A stretch of DNA of 64,000 nt from an uncultured Actinomycetota bacterium. GTDB lineage: Bacteria > Actinomycetota > Actinomycetes > Mycobacteriales > Mycobacteriaceae. The stretch is taken from the NCBI GenBank assembly GCA_963824505.1, contig CAWGPS010000030.1, forward strand, positions 4,658 through 68,657. Direction: 5' to 3'. Positions 37,564 through 48,649 of this stretch are shown here, one piece after another (positions within the stretch are counted from its first letter, which is position 1; each line of letters starts with the position of its first letter). The notes beneath the pieces were generated by a model. That model did not search any database. It had not been told where the DNA came from and saw only the letters and a list, made by a program, of their open reading frames with translations. The position numbers and the translations under genes are program-made.

Positions 37564-39090
37564 CTACAGCGTGCAGCGGTTGCCGTAGTCGAAGGACCGC
37601 ACCCGCACCGAACGTCCGAGGGGGTCGCCGTCGATCAGCAGCGCGATCAACTCGTCGTCCTCGGTGCTCGACAGGAACCGGCTGCCGTCGTCGAGGCGGC
37701 CGATGACGATGCCGGTCGCGCGATCGCCGTCGCGGCGCACTGTGTAGGTCTCGACCGTGCCCGTGCCGTCGGCGTTCTCGGTCACAGGGTGCGTGGGCCA
37801 GGCGGCGACCTGCGCCTGCAATTCCGCGCTGCGGTCCGGCTTCCACTCGGCGGGCGTGGTCGAGTAAACACCGACCGAATACTTGCTCATCATGCCGCCG
37901 TTGGCGCCGACCAGGCCGAAACGTCCTGGCGCAACGCGCATTTGGGCCACCGTCTCGGCGATGGCATGCATCGAATAGTTGTTGCCGGCGCCGCCGAAGA
38001 ACGGCAGCCCCCCGGTCAGGGTCAGTCCGCGTGGATCGTCGGGCGCAATTCCCATGCCGTCGCAGATGTTGGACACCGGCACGGGAAAGCAGCTGTACAG
38101 ATCGAAGGTGGCGACGTCGTCGATGCCGATGCCGGCCATCCCGAGCGCCTCGCGCACCGCCAGCACGGCCGACGGGGCGTGCCCGAGGTCCGGACGCTGC
38201 AGCATGGCCTGCTCCTCGAGGTCGGCGCGCCCGTGCAGGTACACCCAATTTTCCTCGGGGACCCCAAGGCGGCGCGCCGCCTCGACCGACATCAGCAGCG
38301 CCGCCGCGCCCTGGTTCACCTGGTCGCGGGCCACCATCAGCCGCGGATACGGCTCGGCGATCATCCGGTTGCTCTCGGTCACCGTGATCAGCTCTTCCAC
38401 GCTGCGCTCGACCGGCGCGGCGGCGAACGGGTTGTTGGCGGCGATCTTGGTGAACGGCGCGAACAGCTCCCCCATCGCCCGCCGGTATTCGGCCGGCCCC
38501 AGGCCGGTGCCGGCTCGGCGGGCGTTTTCCAGCAGCCCGTACTGGATCGGCGCCGTCGTCAACCCGTGGATGACCGTGTAGCGCGAGATCAGCTTCTCGA
38601 TTCCCGTTCCGCGGTCCTCCAGGTCGCCGTCGACGGTCTCGGTGAAGTCGGGCTTGTCCTCGGCTTTCGCGAAGTGACGCAACGTCGACGTCGCGTCCGA
38701 GCCGAAGATCAGGGCGACCTGGGAACTACCCGCGGCGATCTGGGCGGCGAGTTCGCTAACCAGGTGCTGAGGCCCCTGGCCGCCGACGATCTCCAGGATC
38801 GCGCGGGCGGGCCGCGCACCGAGGCGCTTGGCCACGGACCGCGGATAGTTGTTGGACCGCCCCAGCACGGCCGCGGCGACGGGCCCGGAGATCTCGAATT
38901 GCCGGACCCCGGCCACGGTGTCGACGGCCGTTGCCACCGCGTCGACGTCGGCGCCGCAGTCGACCAGGGCGGCCCGGGCGGCGCCCGCGGCCAGCTCCAC
39001 GGGTGACATCGCCCGGTAATCGGGATCGCCGATGCGTTCCGCGGCCTGCCCGACTCCCACGACGACCGGTGTGCACGGGTCCAGGCTCAT
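37564..39090 (-). CDS. Thiolase-fold protein lacking the nucleophilic Cys, fused to a C-terminal OB/DUF35-like domain
   Basis: 508 aa, thiolase-like throughout (FDLYSCFPVP, LTLTGGLPFFGGAGNNYSMHAI). Where thiolases carry C-x-S-G, the by-eye aligned segment reads EIVGGQGPQHLVSELAAQIAAG. The C-terminal roughly 100 aa (GTVETYTVRRDGDRATGIVIGRLDDGSRF...) resembles a DUF35 OB fold. Confidence 0.65.
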   Translation of the reverse strand: MSLDPCTPVVVGVGQAAERIGDPDYRAMSPVELAAGAARAALVDCGADVDAVATAVDTVAGVRQFEISGPVAAAVLGRSNNYPRSVAKRLGARPARAILEIVGGQGPQHLVSELAAQIAAGSSQVALIFGSDATSTLRHFAKAEDKPDFTETVDGDLEDRGTGIEKLISRYTVIHGLTTAPIQYGLLENARRAGTGLGPAEYRRAMGELFAPFTKIAANNPFAAAPVERSVEELITVTESNRMIAEPYPRLMVARDQVNQGAAALLMSVEAARRLGVPEENWVYLHGRADLEEQAMLQRPDLGHAPSAVLAVREALGMAGIGIDDVATFDLYSCFPVPVSNICDGMGIAPDDPRGLTLTGGLPFFGGAGNNYSMHAIAETVAQMRVAPGRFGLVGANGGMMSKYSVGVYSTTPAEWKPDRSAELQAQVAAWPTHPVTENADGTGTVETYTVRRDGDRATGIVIGRLDDGSRFLSSTEDDELIALLIDGDPLGRSVRVRSFDYGNRCTL

Positions 39091-39156
39091 CGGCGCCGCT
39101 CCTCCTCGTCGCGTCGCGCCGCATCGTCGCCGGCGCGGGTCAAGTGCGAGATCCCG

Positions 39157-40059
<903 letters not shown>

Positions 40060-40071
40060 TGATTGGCTCCC

Positions 40072-41235
40072 TTACTTGTTGGCCAGCTCGGCGGCTTTGT
40101 CGGCACCGGCGTCCATGGTTTCGGCTTGGATCACCAGCGGATGGTTGGCCTCGGCCAGGATGCGACGGCCCTCGTCGACGTTGTTGCCGTCGAGGCGCAC
40201 CACCAGCGGCTTGTTGGCCTCGTCGCCCAGCATCTCCAGCGCCTTGACGATCCCGGTGGCCACGGCGTCACACGAGGTGATGCCGCCGAAGACGTTGACG
40301 AACACGCTCTTGACCTGAGCGTCGTTCAGGATCACATCCAGCCCGGCAGCCATCACCTCCGCCGATGCGCCGCCCCCGATGTCCAGGAAGTTGGCCGGCT
40401 TGACGCCGCCGTGCTTCTCGCCCGCGTAGGCGGTCACATCCAGCGTGGACATCACCAGGCCCGCGCCGTTGCCGATGATGCCGACCTGGCCGTCGAGCTT
40501 GACGTAGTTGAGGTCGTGTTCCTTGGCTTTCAGCTCGAGCGGGTCGGTGGACGCGCGGTCCTCGAACTGCGCGTGCTCGGGGTGACGGAAGTCGGCGTTG
40601 GCGTCCAGCGTGACCTTCCCGTCGAGCGCCAGGATCCGGTCGTCGGGGGTGCGCACCAACGGGTTGACCTCAACCAGCGTGGCGTCCTCGCCGACGAACA
40701 CCTCCCACAGCTTGGAGATGGTGACGGCGGCGGCGTCGAGCACCTCGGCCGGCAGGTGGCCCTGCTCGGCGATGAAGCGGGCGGTCGCGACGTCGACGCC
40801 CTTGACGGCGTCCACCGGAACCTTCGCGAGCCGATCGGGCTTGGTGGCGGCCACCTCTTCGATCTCCATGCCGCCCTCGACCGAGCACATCGCGAGGTAG
40901 GTGCGGTTGGCGCGATCGAGCAGGAAGGAGATGTAGTACTCCTCGGCGATGTCGCTGGCCTCGGCAACCAGGAGCTTTTTGACGATGTGGCCCTTGATGT
41001 CCAGGCCGAGGATGTTCGTGGCGTGCTCGTAGGCGTCGGCGGGCGTCGCCGCGTACTTGACGCCACCCGCCTTGCCCCGTCCACCAATCTTGACCTGCGC
41101 CTTGACCATTACCGGCCGGCCGATTTCGTTGGCGATGTCCCGAGCACCCTCGGCGGTGTCCGTCACCCGGCCGGGCGTACTCGGTACGTTGTGCTTGGCG
41201 AACAATTCTTTTGCTTGATACTCGAAAAGGTCCAT
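40072..41235 (-). CDS. sucC: Succinyl-CoA ligase beta subunit
   Basis: [18 protein letters not shown]...[19 protein letters not shown]. Confidence 0.95.
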   Translation of the reverse strand: MDLFEYQAKELFAKHNVPSTPGRVTDTAEGARDIANEIGRPVMVKAQVKIGGRGKAGGVKYAATPADAYEHATNILGLDIKGHIVKKLLVAEASDIAEEYYISFLLDRANRTYLAMCSVEGGMEIEEVAATKPDRLAKVPVDAVKGVDVATARFIAEQGHLPAEVLDAAAVTISKLWEVFVGEDATLVEVNPLVRTPDDRILALDGKVTLDANADFRHPEHAQFEDRASTDPLELKAKEHDLNYVKLDGQVGIIGNGAGLVMSTLDVTAYAGEKHGGVKPANFLDIGGGASAEVMAAGLDVILNDAQVKSVFVNVFGGITSCDAVATGIVKALEMLGDEANKPLVVRLDGNNVDEGRRILAEANHPLVIQAETMDAGADKAAELANK

Positions 41236-41486
41236 GAGCTCACTGTCTTCACTCGGCTTGACTGCTAGGCCTGAAAAACTCCGGCGGTGCCGCCCCGGGC
41301 AACTCGCACGGACGAACTGTATCGACCCTGCAACAGGCCGCTACCGCCGCGTCCCTCGATGTGGCGCAGGTCACGGCCCGATCGCCGGTGCCCCCGGTGA
41401 TCCAAGTCACACTTTCGGCCGGATCCCCGGCGGAGGTTGCCAGCGTCGTTGCCGAGCGGCTACCGTCTCAGGGTCCAGATAACGTT

Positions 41487-42635
41487 ATGGTCACGATACG
41501 AGGACAATTCAGCTTGCCCCTGCACCGTTTCGCTCGTACTTCCGCCGTGGCTACAGGCGTCGTGAGGGTAGGTCGCGCAGCAGGCGGCCGGGCCGTAGAG
41601 CCGCATCGCAACGAAGTCACCGAAATCCTGCCCCTCGACGGCTTCGACTTCGACGACCTGGACTTCAACGACGCCACGGATCTGGCCGAGCTGGATTTCA
41701 GCGACGATTCCACGTTCGACAACGCCGCGCAGGTGTTGCTGGCTCCCGAGCTCGACGACCTCAACGATGCGGACAACCTGGCGCCGCTTCGGCTGGCTGC
41801 GCCCGCCGTGGTTCGGCTGCCCGCCGACTCCCGGTTCGATCGCTCGCACCGCACCGGTCGGGACGCCGCGCGCGACACCGGTGCAGACCGTCTTCAAGAC
41901 ACCGACGTCATCCCGCTGGTGCGGCGGGCCGGGCAGCACCGGAAGCAGCCCACCAGCGCCGCCAAAGGCCGCCTGCTGATCTCGGCGATGGCCGCCGGCG
42001 CGGCCGCCGCAGCCGCACACAGCGCGACCGGGCACGCCGCCCCCGCACAGGCCGAGCCCATGCTCGCGGCCAACACTTCGTCACTGGGCGGCGGGTCCGC
42101 CGGCGACGCCACCCGGGGCGCCCAGGTGATCGCGGTTCGTCCGGCGGCAAGCGCGGCCCTGCACAACCAAGAGCTGGCCAGGGGTGTCGCCTTCGCGAAC
42201 GACCGCGCCCAGCGCGAGGCGAGGCTGCAGCAGCCGCTCTACGTCATGCCGACCAAGGGCATCTTCACCTCCAACTTCGGCTATCGCTGGGGCGTGCTGC
42301 ACGCGGGAATCGACCTCGCCAACTCGATCGGGACGCCGATCTACGCGGTCTCCGACGGCGTCGTGATCGACGCCGGGCCGACCGCCGGCTACGGAATGTG
42401 GGTCAAGCTGCGCCACGCCGACGGCACGGTGACGCTCTACGGCCACGTCAACACCACGTTGGTCCGCGTCGGCGAGCGGGTGATGGCCGGCGATCAGATC
42501 GCCACCATGGGTAACCGCGGTAACTCCACCGGCCCGCACCTGCACTTCGAGGTGCTCCAGGGCGGCACCGAACGCATCGACCCCGTGCCGTGGCTCGCAA
42601 AGCGTGGACTTATGGTCGGCAACTACTCTGGTTGA
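41487..42635 (+). CDS. M23 (LytM-type) peptidase with an acidic repeat-containing N-terminal region
   Basis: HAGIDLA...[10 protein letters not shown]...TGPHLHFEV (HxxxD and HxH metal ligands). The start is uncertain (ATG 41487, or earlier in ORF 41361). Confidence 0.8.
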   Translation: MVTIRGQFSLPLHRFARTSAVATGVVRVGRAAGGRAVEPHRNEVTEILPLDGFDFDDLDFNDATDLAELDFSDDSTFDNAAQVLLAPELDDLNDADNLAPLRLAAPAVVRLPADSRFDRSHRTGRDAARDTGADRLQDTDVIPLVRRAGQHRKQPTSAAKGRLLISAMAAGAAAAAAHSATGHAAPAQAEPMLAANTSSLGGGSAGDATRGAQVIAVRPAASAALHNQELARGVAFANDRAQREARLQQPLYVMPTKGIFTSNFGYRWGVLHAGIDLANSIGTPIYAVSDGVVIDAGPTAGYGMWVKLRHADGTVTLYGHVNTTLVRVGERVMAGDQIATMGNRGNSTGPHLHFEVLQGGTERIDPVPWLAKRGLMVGNYSG

Positions 42636-43218
42636 GGTGACCGCGCCAGACCAGCCCGCAGCACCCGCTCCACAATCTCCGGAGCTTGAGTCACCGTCCG
42701 AATCGCACACCCGGATCATCCGCCGCGCACCAACCGGACCGGTTCCCACCGTGGCGGACTCCCCGACCACCCACCTTCCCCGGCAGTCGCCGGGTGATGC
42801 GGCCGCCCCGCGCGCGGGTCGCGGATCGTTCGCCGGCGCGGCGACCGACGCGCACAGCGGCCGCACCGCCGTCGCCGCCTGCGCCGTCAGCATCATCAGC
42901 GGATGGGCGACGTCGGTGGTGGCCACCGACCTGATCGCCGGCTGGTGGCGAACCGACCGCCTGTTCTGCATCGCGGTCGCGTTCCTCGCCATCGTGTTCG
43001 CCGCGACCACCGTTTCCGGCGTCATCATGTTGCTGCAGCACCGGCCGCTGGGCCGCTACCTCATCGTGGCCGGCGCCGTCGTCGCGGTGCTGACCTACGG
43101 CGGCGTTTTCATCGCGGGTGCGCGGGTGGCGTGGATCGTGTACTTCCTGTGGGTGCTGCCCCTTGCCAGTGCGATTTTGGCGCTGCACCCGAAAACCACG
43201 CGCTGGGTGCAGGGCTGA
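42604..43218 (+). CDS. Hypothetical membrane protein (Pro-rich N-terminus, 4 predicted TM segments)
   Basis: TM segments [68 protein letters not shown] and [18 protein letters not shown]. Alternative GTG 42637 lies just after the M23 stop. Confidence 0.55.
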   Translation: MDLWSATTLVEVTAPDQPAAPAPQSPELESPSESHTRIIRRAPTGPVPTVADSPTTHLPRQSPGDAAAPRAGRGSFAGAATDAHSGRTAVAACAVSIISGWATSVVATDLIAGWWRTDRLFCIAVAFLAIVFAATTVSGVIMLLQHRPLGRYLIVAGAVVAVLTYGGVFIAGARVAWIVYFLWVLPLASAILALHPKTTRWVQG

Positions 43219-43312
43219 CTCCCGCCGAACGTGTTCTCAGGGTGGAATATTCGGCGAGATCTCACCGTGGCTTCACGCTCGGCGGCAAAGGGCGGTTGCT
43301 GACGCGAGCCCG

Positions 43313-45652
43313 CTAGAGCTTGCTGAGCGGGGCGTGGTTGTGCATCAGCTTCACCCGGCCCGCGCTGCCGAAGTCGATCAGCGACATCGCCGATTCGCCG
43401 ACGCCGGACACTTCCTCGACCCGGCCCAGACCGTACTTGTCGTGCGTCACGCGGTCGCCAGGTTCCAGGACCAGCAACGGGCGCTTGCTCGCGCCTCCAG
43501 AGCGAGTCATGGGCGCTGCGCGGGGGGCACCGAACCGGCCGGCGCCGCTGACCGGCGCGCTGAACGACGGCGCCGGCGCGAGGCGCCGCCAGTCAATGAG
43601 TTCCTGCGGAATCTCGCGCAGGAACCGCGATTCCGGGTTGAGCATCGGCTGCCCCCAGGAGGACCGGACGATGGCCCTGCTCAGATACAGCCGCTGACGG
43701 GCCCGGGTGATGCCGACGTACGCCAGGCGCCGCTCCTCGGACAGTTCGCCTGCGTCGTCGAGCGACCGCATGTGGGGAAACATCCCGTCTTCCCAGCCGG
43801 TGACGAACACCACCGGAAACTCCAACCCCTTCGCGGTGTGCAGCGTCATCAGCGTCACCACACCCGCGCCATGCTCCGGGATGTCATCGGTGTCGGCGAC
43901 CAGGGAGACCCGCTCCAGGAAGTCCGCCAGCACACCGGTCTCCGGCACGTCCTCGTCCTCGGGTGACGACTCGCCGAGGGCGGCCGCGTTCGCCCTGTCG
44001 ATGCTGAATTCGTGTGCCACGCTGACCAGTTCGTTGAGGTTGTCCAGACGGGCGAGCTCTTGCGGGTCGGTGGACGATTCCAGTTCCCGGCGGTATCCCG
44101 TCCGCTCGAGCACCGACTCGACCAGGTCTCCGAGATCGTCGTCCAGGCGGCCCCTCAGGTCGTCGAGCAACTCGACAAAGCCCGCGATCGCCTTTTCCGC
44201 GCGGGTGTTGAGCATCGGAACCTTGCCGTCGGCCGCGGCCGCAAGCGCGTCGGCGAAACTCGAGCCCGTGTTCTCCGCGTAGACCGCCACACAAGCCTCG
44301 GCGCGGTCGCCGATGCCCCGCCGGGGGGTGTTGAGGATGCGCCGCATGCTGACGGCGTCGCCCGGGTTGTCCAGCACCCGCAGGTAGGCGACGATGTCGC
44401 GGATTTCCTTGCGCTCGTAGAAGCGCACTCCACCAACGACTTTGTAGGGGATTCCGGCGCGGATGAACACCTCTTCCAGCGACCGCGACGAATTGTTGGT
44501 GCGGTAGAACACGGCCACGTCGTTGTAGGTGATCTCGCCCCGCTCGGCGAGCGCATCGATCTCCTGGGCCACGAACCGCGCCTCGTCGTGTTCGTTGTCG
44601 GCGACGTAGCCGACGATGAGCTCACCGGTGCCGGCGTCGGTCCACAGCCGCTTCTCACGACGCCCGGCGTTGCGCGCGATCACGGCGTTGGCCGCCGACA
44701 GGATGTTTTGGGTCGAGCGGTAGTTCTGTTCCAGCAAAATGGTTGTGGCGTCGGGATAGTCGCGTTCGAAGTCCTCGATGTTGCGGATGGTGGCACCGCG
44801 GAACGCGTAGATCGACTGGTCGGCGTCGCCGACCACGCACAACTCCGCCGGCGGCACGTCGTCTGACGCTTCGTCGTCGGGGGTTCCGTGGCCGACGAGT
44901 TCGCGCACCAACACGTACTGCGCGTGGTTGGTGTCCTGGTATTCGTCGACCAGGACGTGCCGGAACCGCCGCCGGTAGTACTGGGCGATGTTCGGGAACG
45001 TCTGCAGCACCGCGACCGTCTCACCGATGAGGTCGTCGAAGTCCAGCGCGTTGGCCGCCCGCAGCCGCCGCTGGTATTCGCCGTAGACCGACGCGACGGT
45101 GCGCGCCAGGTCGTCCGAGTCATCGGTCAGGGCACCCACCGCCCGGGCGGGGTCGACCAGTTCGTTCTTCAGGTTGGAGATGGCGTTGGCCAGCAGGCGC
45201 GGCGAGTAGCGCTTGATGTCCAGGCCCATGTCGCGCCCGATCATCTGCAGCAGGCGCCGCGAGTCGTCGGCGTCGTAGATCGAGAAGTTGGAATTGAGGC
45301 CGTCGATCAGCGACGCGTGATTGCGCAGGATGCGCACGCAGGTCGAGTGGAAGGTGGACACCCACATCGCGCGCGCCCGGTTGCCGACCAGCCGCACCAC
45401 GCGCTCGCGCATTTCCGCGGCGGCCTTGTTGGTGAAGGTGATGGCCAGGATTTGCCCCACCCCAACGCCCCGCGCCGCGATCAGGTACGCGATGCGGCGG
45501 GTCAACACCGCCGTCTTGCCCGATCCCGCGCCGGCCACGATCAGCAGCGGCGGACCCTGGTGCACCACCGCCTGGCGCTGCTGCGGGTTGAGGCCGTCGA
45601 GCAGCTCATCCACCGCGGAGTCCGTCTTGGGTTCGGTTGCCTGCACGCTCAT
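43313..45652 (-). CDS. uvrD: ATP-dependent DNA helicase UvrD/PcrA
   Basis: Walker A AGAGSGKT, VDEYQDTN and the remaining SF1 helicase motifs; 779 aa. Confidence 0.95.
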   Translation of the reverse strand: MSVQATEPKTDSAVDELLDGLNPQQRQAVVHQGPPLLIVAGAGSGKTAVLTRRIAYLIAARGVGVGQILAITFTNKAAAEMRERVVRLVGNRARAMWVSTFHSTCVRILRNHASLIDGLNSNFSIYDADDSRRLLQMIGRDMGLDIKRYSPRLLANAISNLKNELVDPARAVGALTDDSDDLARTVASVYGEYQRRLRAANALDFDDLIGETVAVLQTFPNIAQYYRRRFRHVLVDEYQDTNHAQYVLVRELVGHGTPDDEASDDVPPAELCVVGDADQSIYAFRGATIRNIEDFERDYPDATTILLEQNYRSTQNILSAANAVIARNAGRREKRLWTDAGTGELIVGYVADNEHDEARFVAQEIDALAERGEITYNDVAVFYRTNNSSRSLEEVFIRAGIPYKVVGGVRFYERKEIRDIVAYLRVLDNPGDAVSMRRILNTPRRGIGDRAEACVAVYAENTGSSFADALAAAADGKVPMLNTRAEKAIAGFVELLDDLRGRLDDDLGDLVESVLERTGYRRELESSTDPQELARLDNLNELVSVAHEFSIDRANAAALGESSPEDEDVPETGVLADFLERVSLVADTDDIPEHGAGVVTLMTLHTAKGLEFPVVFVTGWEDGMFPHMRSLDDAGELSEERRLAYVGITRARQRLYLSRAIVRSSWGQPMLNPESRFLREIPQELIDWRRLAPAPSFSAPVSGAGRFGAPRAAPMTRSGGASKRPLLVLEPGDRVTHDKYGLGRVEEVSGVGESAMSLIDFGSAGRVKLMHNHAPLSKL

Positions 45653-45661
45653 GACGGTCCC

Positions 45662-45683
45662 AACTTACCGCCGCCGGGCGACA
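45662..45683 (-). promoter_or_regulatory. RecA-NDp/PafBC-type promoter-like motif TGTCGCCC-N8-TAAGTT, 9 nt upstream of the uvrD ATG
   Basis: On the coding strand: cgcgTGTCGcccggcggcggTAAGTTgggaccgtcATG. The TGTCG core, the 8-nt spacing and the TAnnnT -10 fit my memory of tTGTCRgtg-8nt-TAnnnT. Confidence 0.45.
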
Positions 45684-45932
45684 CGCGTGGGTAGGCACGT
45701 GGACGACCGTTCCGCGCAGCGTATCGGCCGGTTAGGCGCGGGATTTTTGCGCGCGCGCTGTCCCTAGTGGCACACTCGGTGGGTGCTCGACGCGCAGCAG
45801 CGGCCCCGCGAGTCGGTCGGCCGATTTTTCTATCGGTACCGGCCAGCGGTGCCCGTGGTCTAGCTGCTTCGCTAAAGCCCCGTGGTCCGCTTCCGGATTC
45901 GGGGCTCGTCTCTTTTGTGAGGTCCGTGCCGG

Positions 45933-46250
45933 ATGAGACCAGAACCCCCACATCAGGAGAACGCGGAGTCAGCAGAGATGGAAATCGAAATGGTCGACAC
46001 CGAGCAGGCGGCAGACATCGGCGAGTTGCGCCGAGAGATCGACCGGCTCGACGCCGAGATCCTTGCCGCGGTCAAGCGGCGGGCCGAAGTGTCCCGGGCG
46101 ATCGGCAAGGTCCGAATGGCGTCCGGCGGCACCCGGTTGGTGCACAGCCGCGAAATGCAGGTCATCGAGCGATACAGCGAGCTTGGTCCCGAGGGCAAGG
46201 ACCTGGCGATGCTGCTGTTGCGGTTGGGCAGGGGCCGGCTCGGTCACTGA
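45933..46250 (+). CDS. AroQ-class chorismate mutase (cytoplasmic, Rv0948c-like)
   Basis: LRREIDRLDAEILAAVKRRAEVSRAIGKVRMASGGTRLVHSREMQVIERY. Confidence 0.9.
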   Translation: MRPEPPHQENAESAEMEIEMVDTEQAADIGELRREIDRLDAEILAAVKRRAEVSRAIGKVRMASGGTRLVHSREMQVIERYSELGPEGKDLAMLLLRLGRGRLGH

Positions 46251-46302
46251 GTTCATCCGGTGGACCTGGCTCGGTCACGTGGGGCCGCACTAGTGTCGAA
46301 GC

Positions 46303-47952
46303 ATGACCCGCGACATCACCGCCGCCCCGGCATGGGACGCCCTGCGCAGGCATCACGAACAAATCGGCGAGATCCACCTTCGCCAGTTCTTCGACGACGA
46401 CCCGGACCGCGGCCGCGATCTGACCGTCTCCGTCGGCGACCTCTACATCGACTACAGCAAACACCGCATCACCCGAGAGACGCTGCGGCTGCTGGTCGAT
46501 TTGGCCCGCGCGGCTAACCTCGAGGAGCGCCGCGACCAGATGTTCTCCGGTGCGCACATCAACACCTCGGAGGATCGCGCGGTGCTGCACACCGCGCTGC
46601 GGCTGCCCCGCGACACGGAGCTGATCGTCGACGGCCACAACGTCGTCGAGGACGTTCACGCGGTGCTGGACCGGATGGGCGATTTCACCGACCGGCTGCG
46701 CAGCGGCGAATGGAGGGGCGCCACCGGCGAACGGATCAGCACCGTCGTCAACATCGGTATCGGCGGGTCGGACCTCGGCCCGGTGATGGTCTACCAGGCG
46801 CTGCGCCACTACGCTGACGCAGGAATCTCGGCGCGCTTCGTCTCCAACGTCGACCCGGCCGACCTGATCGCCACCCTGGCCGACTTGGACCCGGCCACAA
46901 CGCTTTTCATCGTTGCGTCCAAGACGTTTTCCACCCTGGAGACGCTCACCAACGCGACCGCCGCCCGGCGCTGGCTGACCGACTCCCTCGGCGACTCCGC
47001 GGTGTCCAAGCACTTCGTGGCCGTTTCGACGAACAAGCGCCTGGTCGACGACTTCGGGATCAACACCGACAACATGTTCGGGTTCTGGGACTGGGTGGGC
47101 GGTCGGTATTCGGTCGACTCGGCGATCGGCCTTTCGGTGATGGCGGCCATCGGCCGCAACGCCTTCGGGGATTTCCTCTCCGGATTCCACATCGTCGACC
47201 GGCATTTCCAAACCGCTCCACTGGAGTCGAACGCGCCCGTGCTGCTCGGGCTGATCGGGGCGTGGTACTCCAACTTCATGGGCGCGCAATCGCGCGCCGT
47301 GCTGCCCTATTCCAACGACCTGTCCCGGTTCGCCGCCTACCTGCAACAGCTGACCATGGAATCCAACGGCAAGTCGACGCGCGCCGACGGCGCACCCGTT
47401 ACCACCGATACCGGTGAAATCTTCTGGGGCGAGCCGGGAACCAACGGGCAGCACGCCTTCTACCAGTTGCTGCACCAGGGCACCCGGCTGATACCGGCCG
47501 ATTTCATCGCGTTCAGTCAACCGCTCGACGACCTGCCGACCGCCGAGGGCACCGGCAGCATGCACGACCTGCTCATGAGCAACTTCTTCGCCCAGACCCA
47601 GGTGCTGGCGTTCGGCAAGACGGCCGAGGAGATCGCCGCGGAGGGCACTCCCGCGGAGATCGTGCCGCACAAGGTGATGCCGGGCAATCGGCCGTCCACG
47701 TCGATCCTGGCGAACCGCCTCACCCCGTCGACGCTGGGCCAGTTGATCGCGCTCTACGAGCACCAGGTGTTCACCGAGGGGGTGATCTGGGGTATCGACT
47801 CGTTTGACCAGTGGGGCGTGGAACTGGGCAAAACTCAGGCCAAGGCGCTGCTCCCGGTGATCACCTCCGACGGGTCGCCGGCGCCGCAATCGGACAGCTC
47901 GACCGATGCGCTGGTGCGTCGCTATCGGACCGAAAGAGGCCGCGCCGGATGA
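46303..47952 (+). CDS. pgi: Glucose-6-phosphate isomerase
   Basis: 549 aa full-length PGI ([10 protein letters not shown], ...SKTFSTLET..., ...[14 protein letters not shown]...). Confidence 0.95.
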   Translation: MTRDITAAPAWDALRRHHEQIGEIHLRQFFDDDPDRGRDLTVSVGDLYIDYSKHRITRETLRLLVDLARAANLEERRDQMFSGAHINTSEDRAVLHTALRLPRDTELIVDGHNVVEDVHAVLDRMGDFTDRLRSGEWRGATGERISTVVNIGIGGSDLGPVMVYQALRHYADAGISARFVSNVDPADLIATLADLDPATTLFIVASKTFSTLETLTNATAARRWLTDSLGDSAVSKHFVAVSTNKRLVDDFGINTDNMFGFWDWVGGRYSVDSAIGLSVMAAIGRNAFGDFLSGFHIVDRHFQTAPLESNAPVLLGLIGAWYSNFMGAQSRAVLPYSNDLSRFAAYLQQLTMESNGKSTRADGAPVTTDTGEIFWGEPGTNGQHAFYQLLHQGTRLIPADFIAFSQPLDDLPTAEGTGSMHDLLMSNFFAQTQVLAFGKTAEEIAAEGTPAEIVPHKVMPGNRPSTSILANRLTPSTLGQLIALYEHQVFTEGVIWGIDSFDQWGVELGKTQAKALLPVITSDGSPAPQSDSSTDALVRRYRTERGRAG

Positions 47953-47973
47953 TGTTTCGCGGCAACCGCGCTC

Positions 47974-48549
47974 TCAGCGGGTCGAAACCACGAGCTCGGA
48001 TCCGAACCGCCGGACAAAGGTGCGCAGGCGTTCCACAGTCGCGTTCTGCGGGTCGCTGAGGTGCAGCTGCAGCAATTCGCGGCCGGCGGCATGCAGGATC
48101 CGAGCGGTGTATTCGGGGTCGTGCAGCCGCGGATTGACGCGCAGCAGCTCGCGGACGAAGAAGTCGAGCACGACGGCCTGAGATTGCGCCAGGCGGGTAT
48201 ACAACTCCGGCGGGGCACCCTGCGGCGGGAACAGAAACAGGCGCCACGTCGCCGGGTGGGCGTCGACGGCGGCCAGCACGCCGTCGAACGCGAGCACCAA
48301 CGACTGATCCCCGGCGGCGGCGTCCAGTCCCGAGATCGCCTCGGCGAATTGTGCGCCGGCGCGCGCGGCCTCACGGTCGATCAGCTCGACGAACAGCCCG
48401 GCCAAGTCGCCGAACTTCTGATAGATCAACGACCGGTTGATGCCGGCCGCCTCCGCGATGCGGTTCGGCGTCGCCGCGTGGAAGCCTTCGGCGTCGACGA
48501 TCGCGTGCGTGACGTCGAGGATCTGCTCGCGCCGGCCCTCGGCGGTCAT
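47974..48549 (-). CDS. TetR/AcrR-family transcriptional regulator
   Basis: RREQILDVTHAIVDAEGFHAATPNRIAEAAGINRSLIYQKFGDL. ATG 48549 chosen, with alternative GTG 48585. The track start at 48624 would place a palindrome and AT-rich DNA inside the CDS. Confidence 0.8.
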   Translation of the reverse strand: MTAEGRREQILDVTHAIVDAEGFHAATPNRIAEAAGINRSLIYQKFGDLAGLFVELIDREAARAGAQFAEAISGLDAAAGDQSLVLAFDGVLAAVDAHPATWRLFLFPPQGAPPELYTRLAQSQAVVLDFFVRELLRVNPRLHDPEYTARILHAAGRELLQLHLSDPQNATVERLRTFVRRFGSELVVSTR

Positions 48550-48609
48550 GCGCCGCCTCGGGACGGCCTCGGACGCCTGAGTCACGCTTGACAGCGTAAC
48601 TAACAACTT

Positions 48610-48624
48610 GTGAGTATTACTCAC
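48610..48624. promoter_or_regulatory. Perfect 15-bp palindrome GTGAGTA-T-TACTCAC between the TetR and MpaB-family genes; candidate TetR operator
   Basis: Read directly from the sequence. It lies 25 nt upstream of the MpaB ATG, and a TTGACA hexamer sits at 48588-48593. Confidence 0.45.
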
Positions 48625-48649
48625 TCAGTGTCACTAGGCGGAGGGTCCG

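Noticed and set aside
46162-47889. 575-aa minus-strand ORF
   Set aside because: Antisense shadow of pgi.
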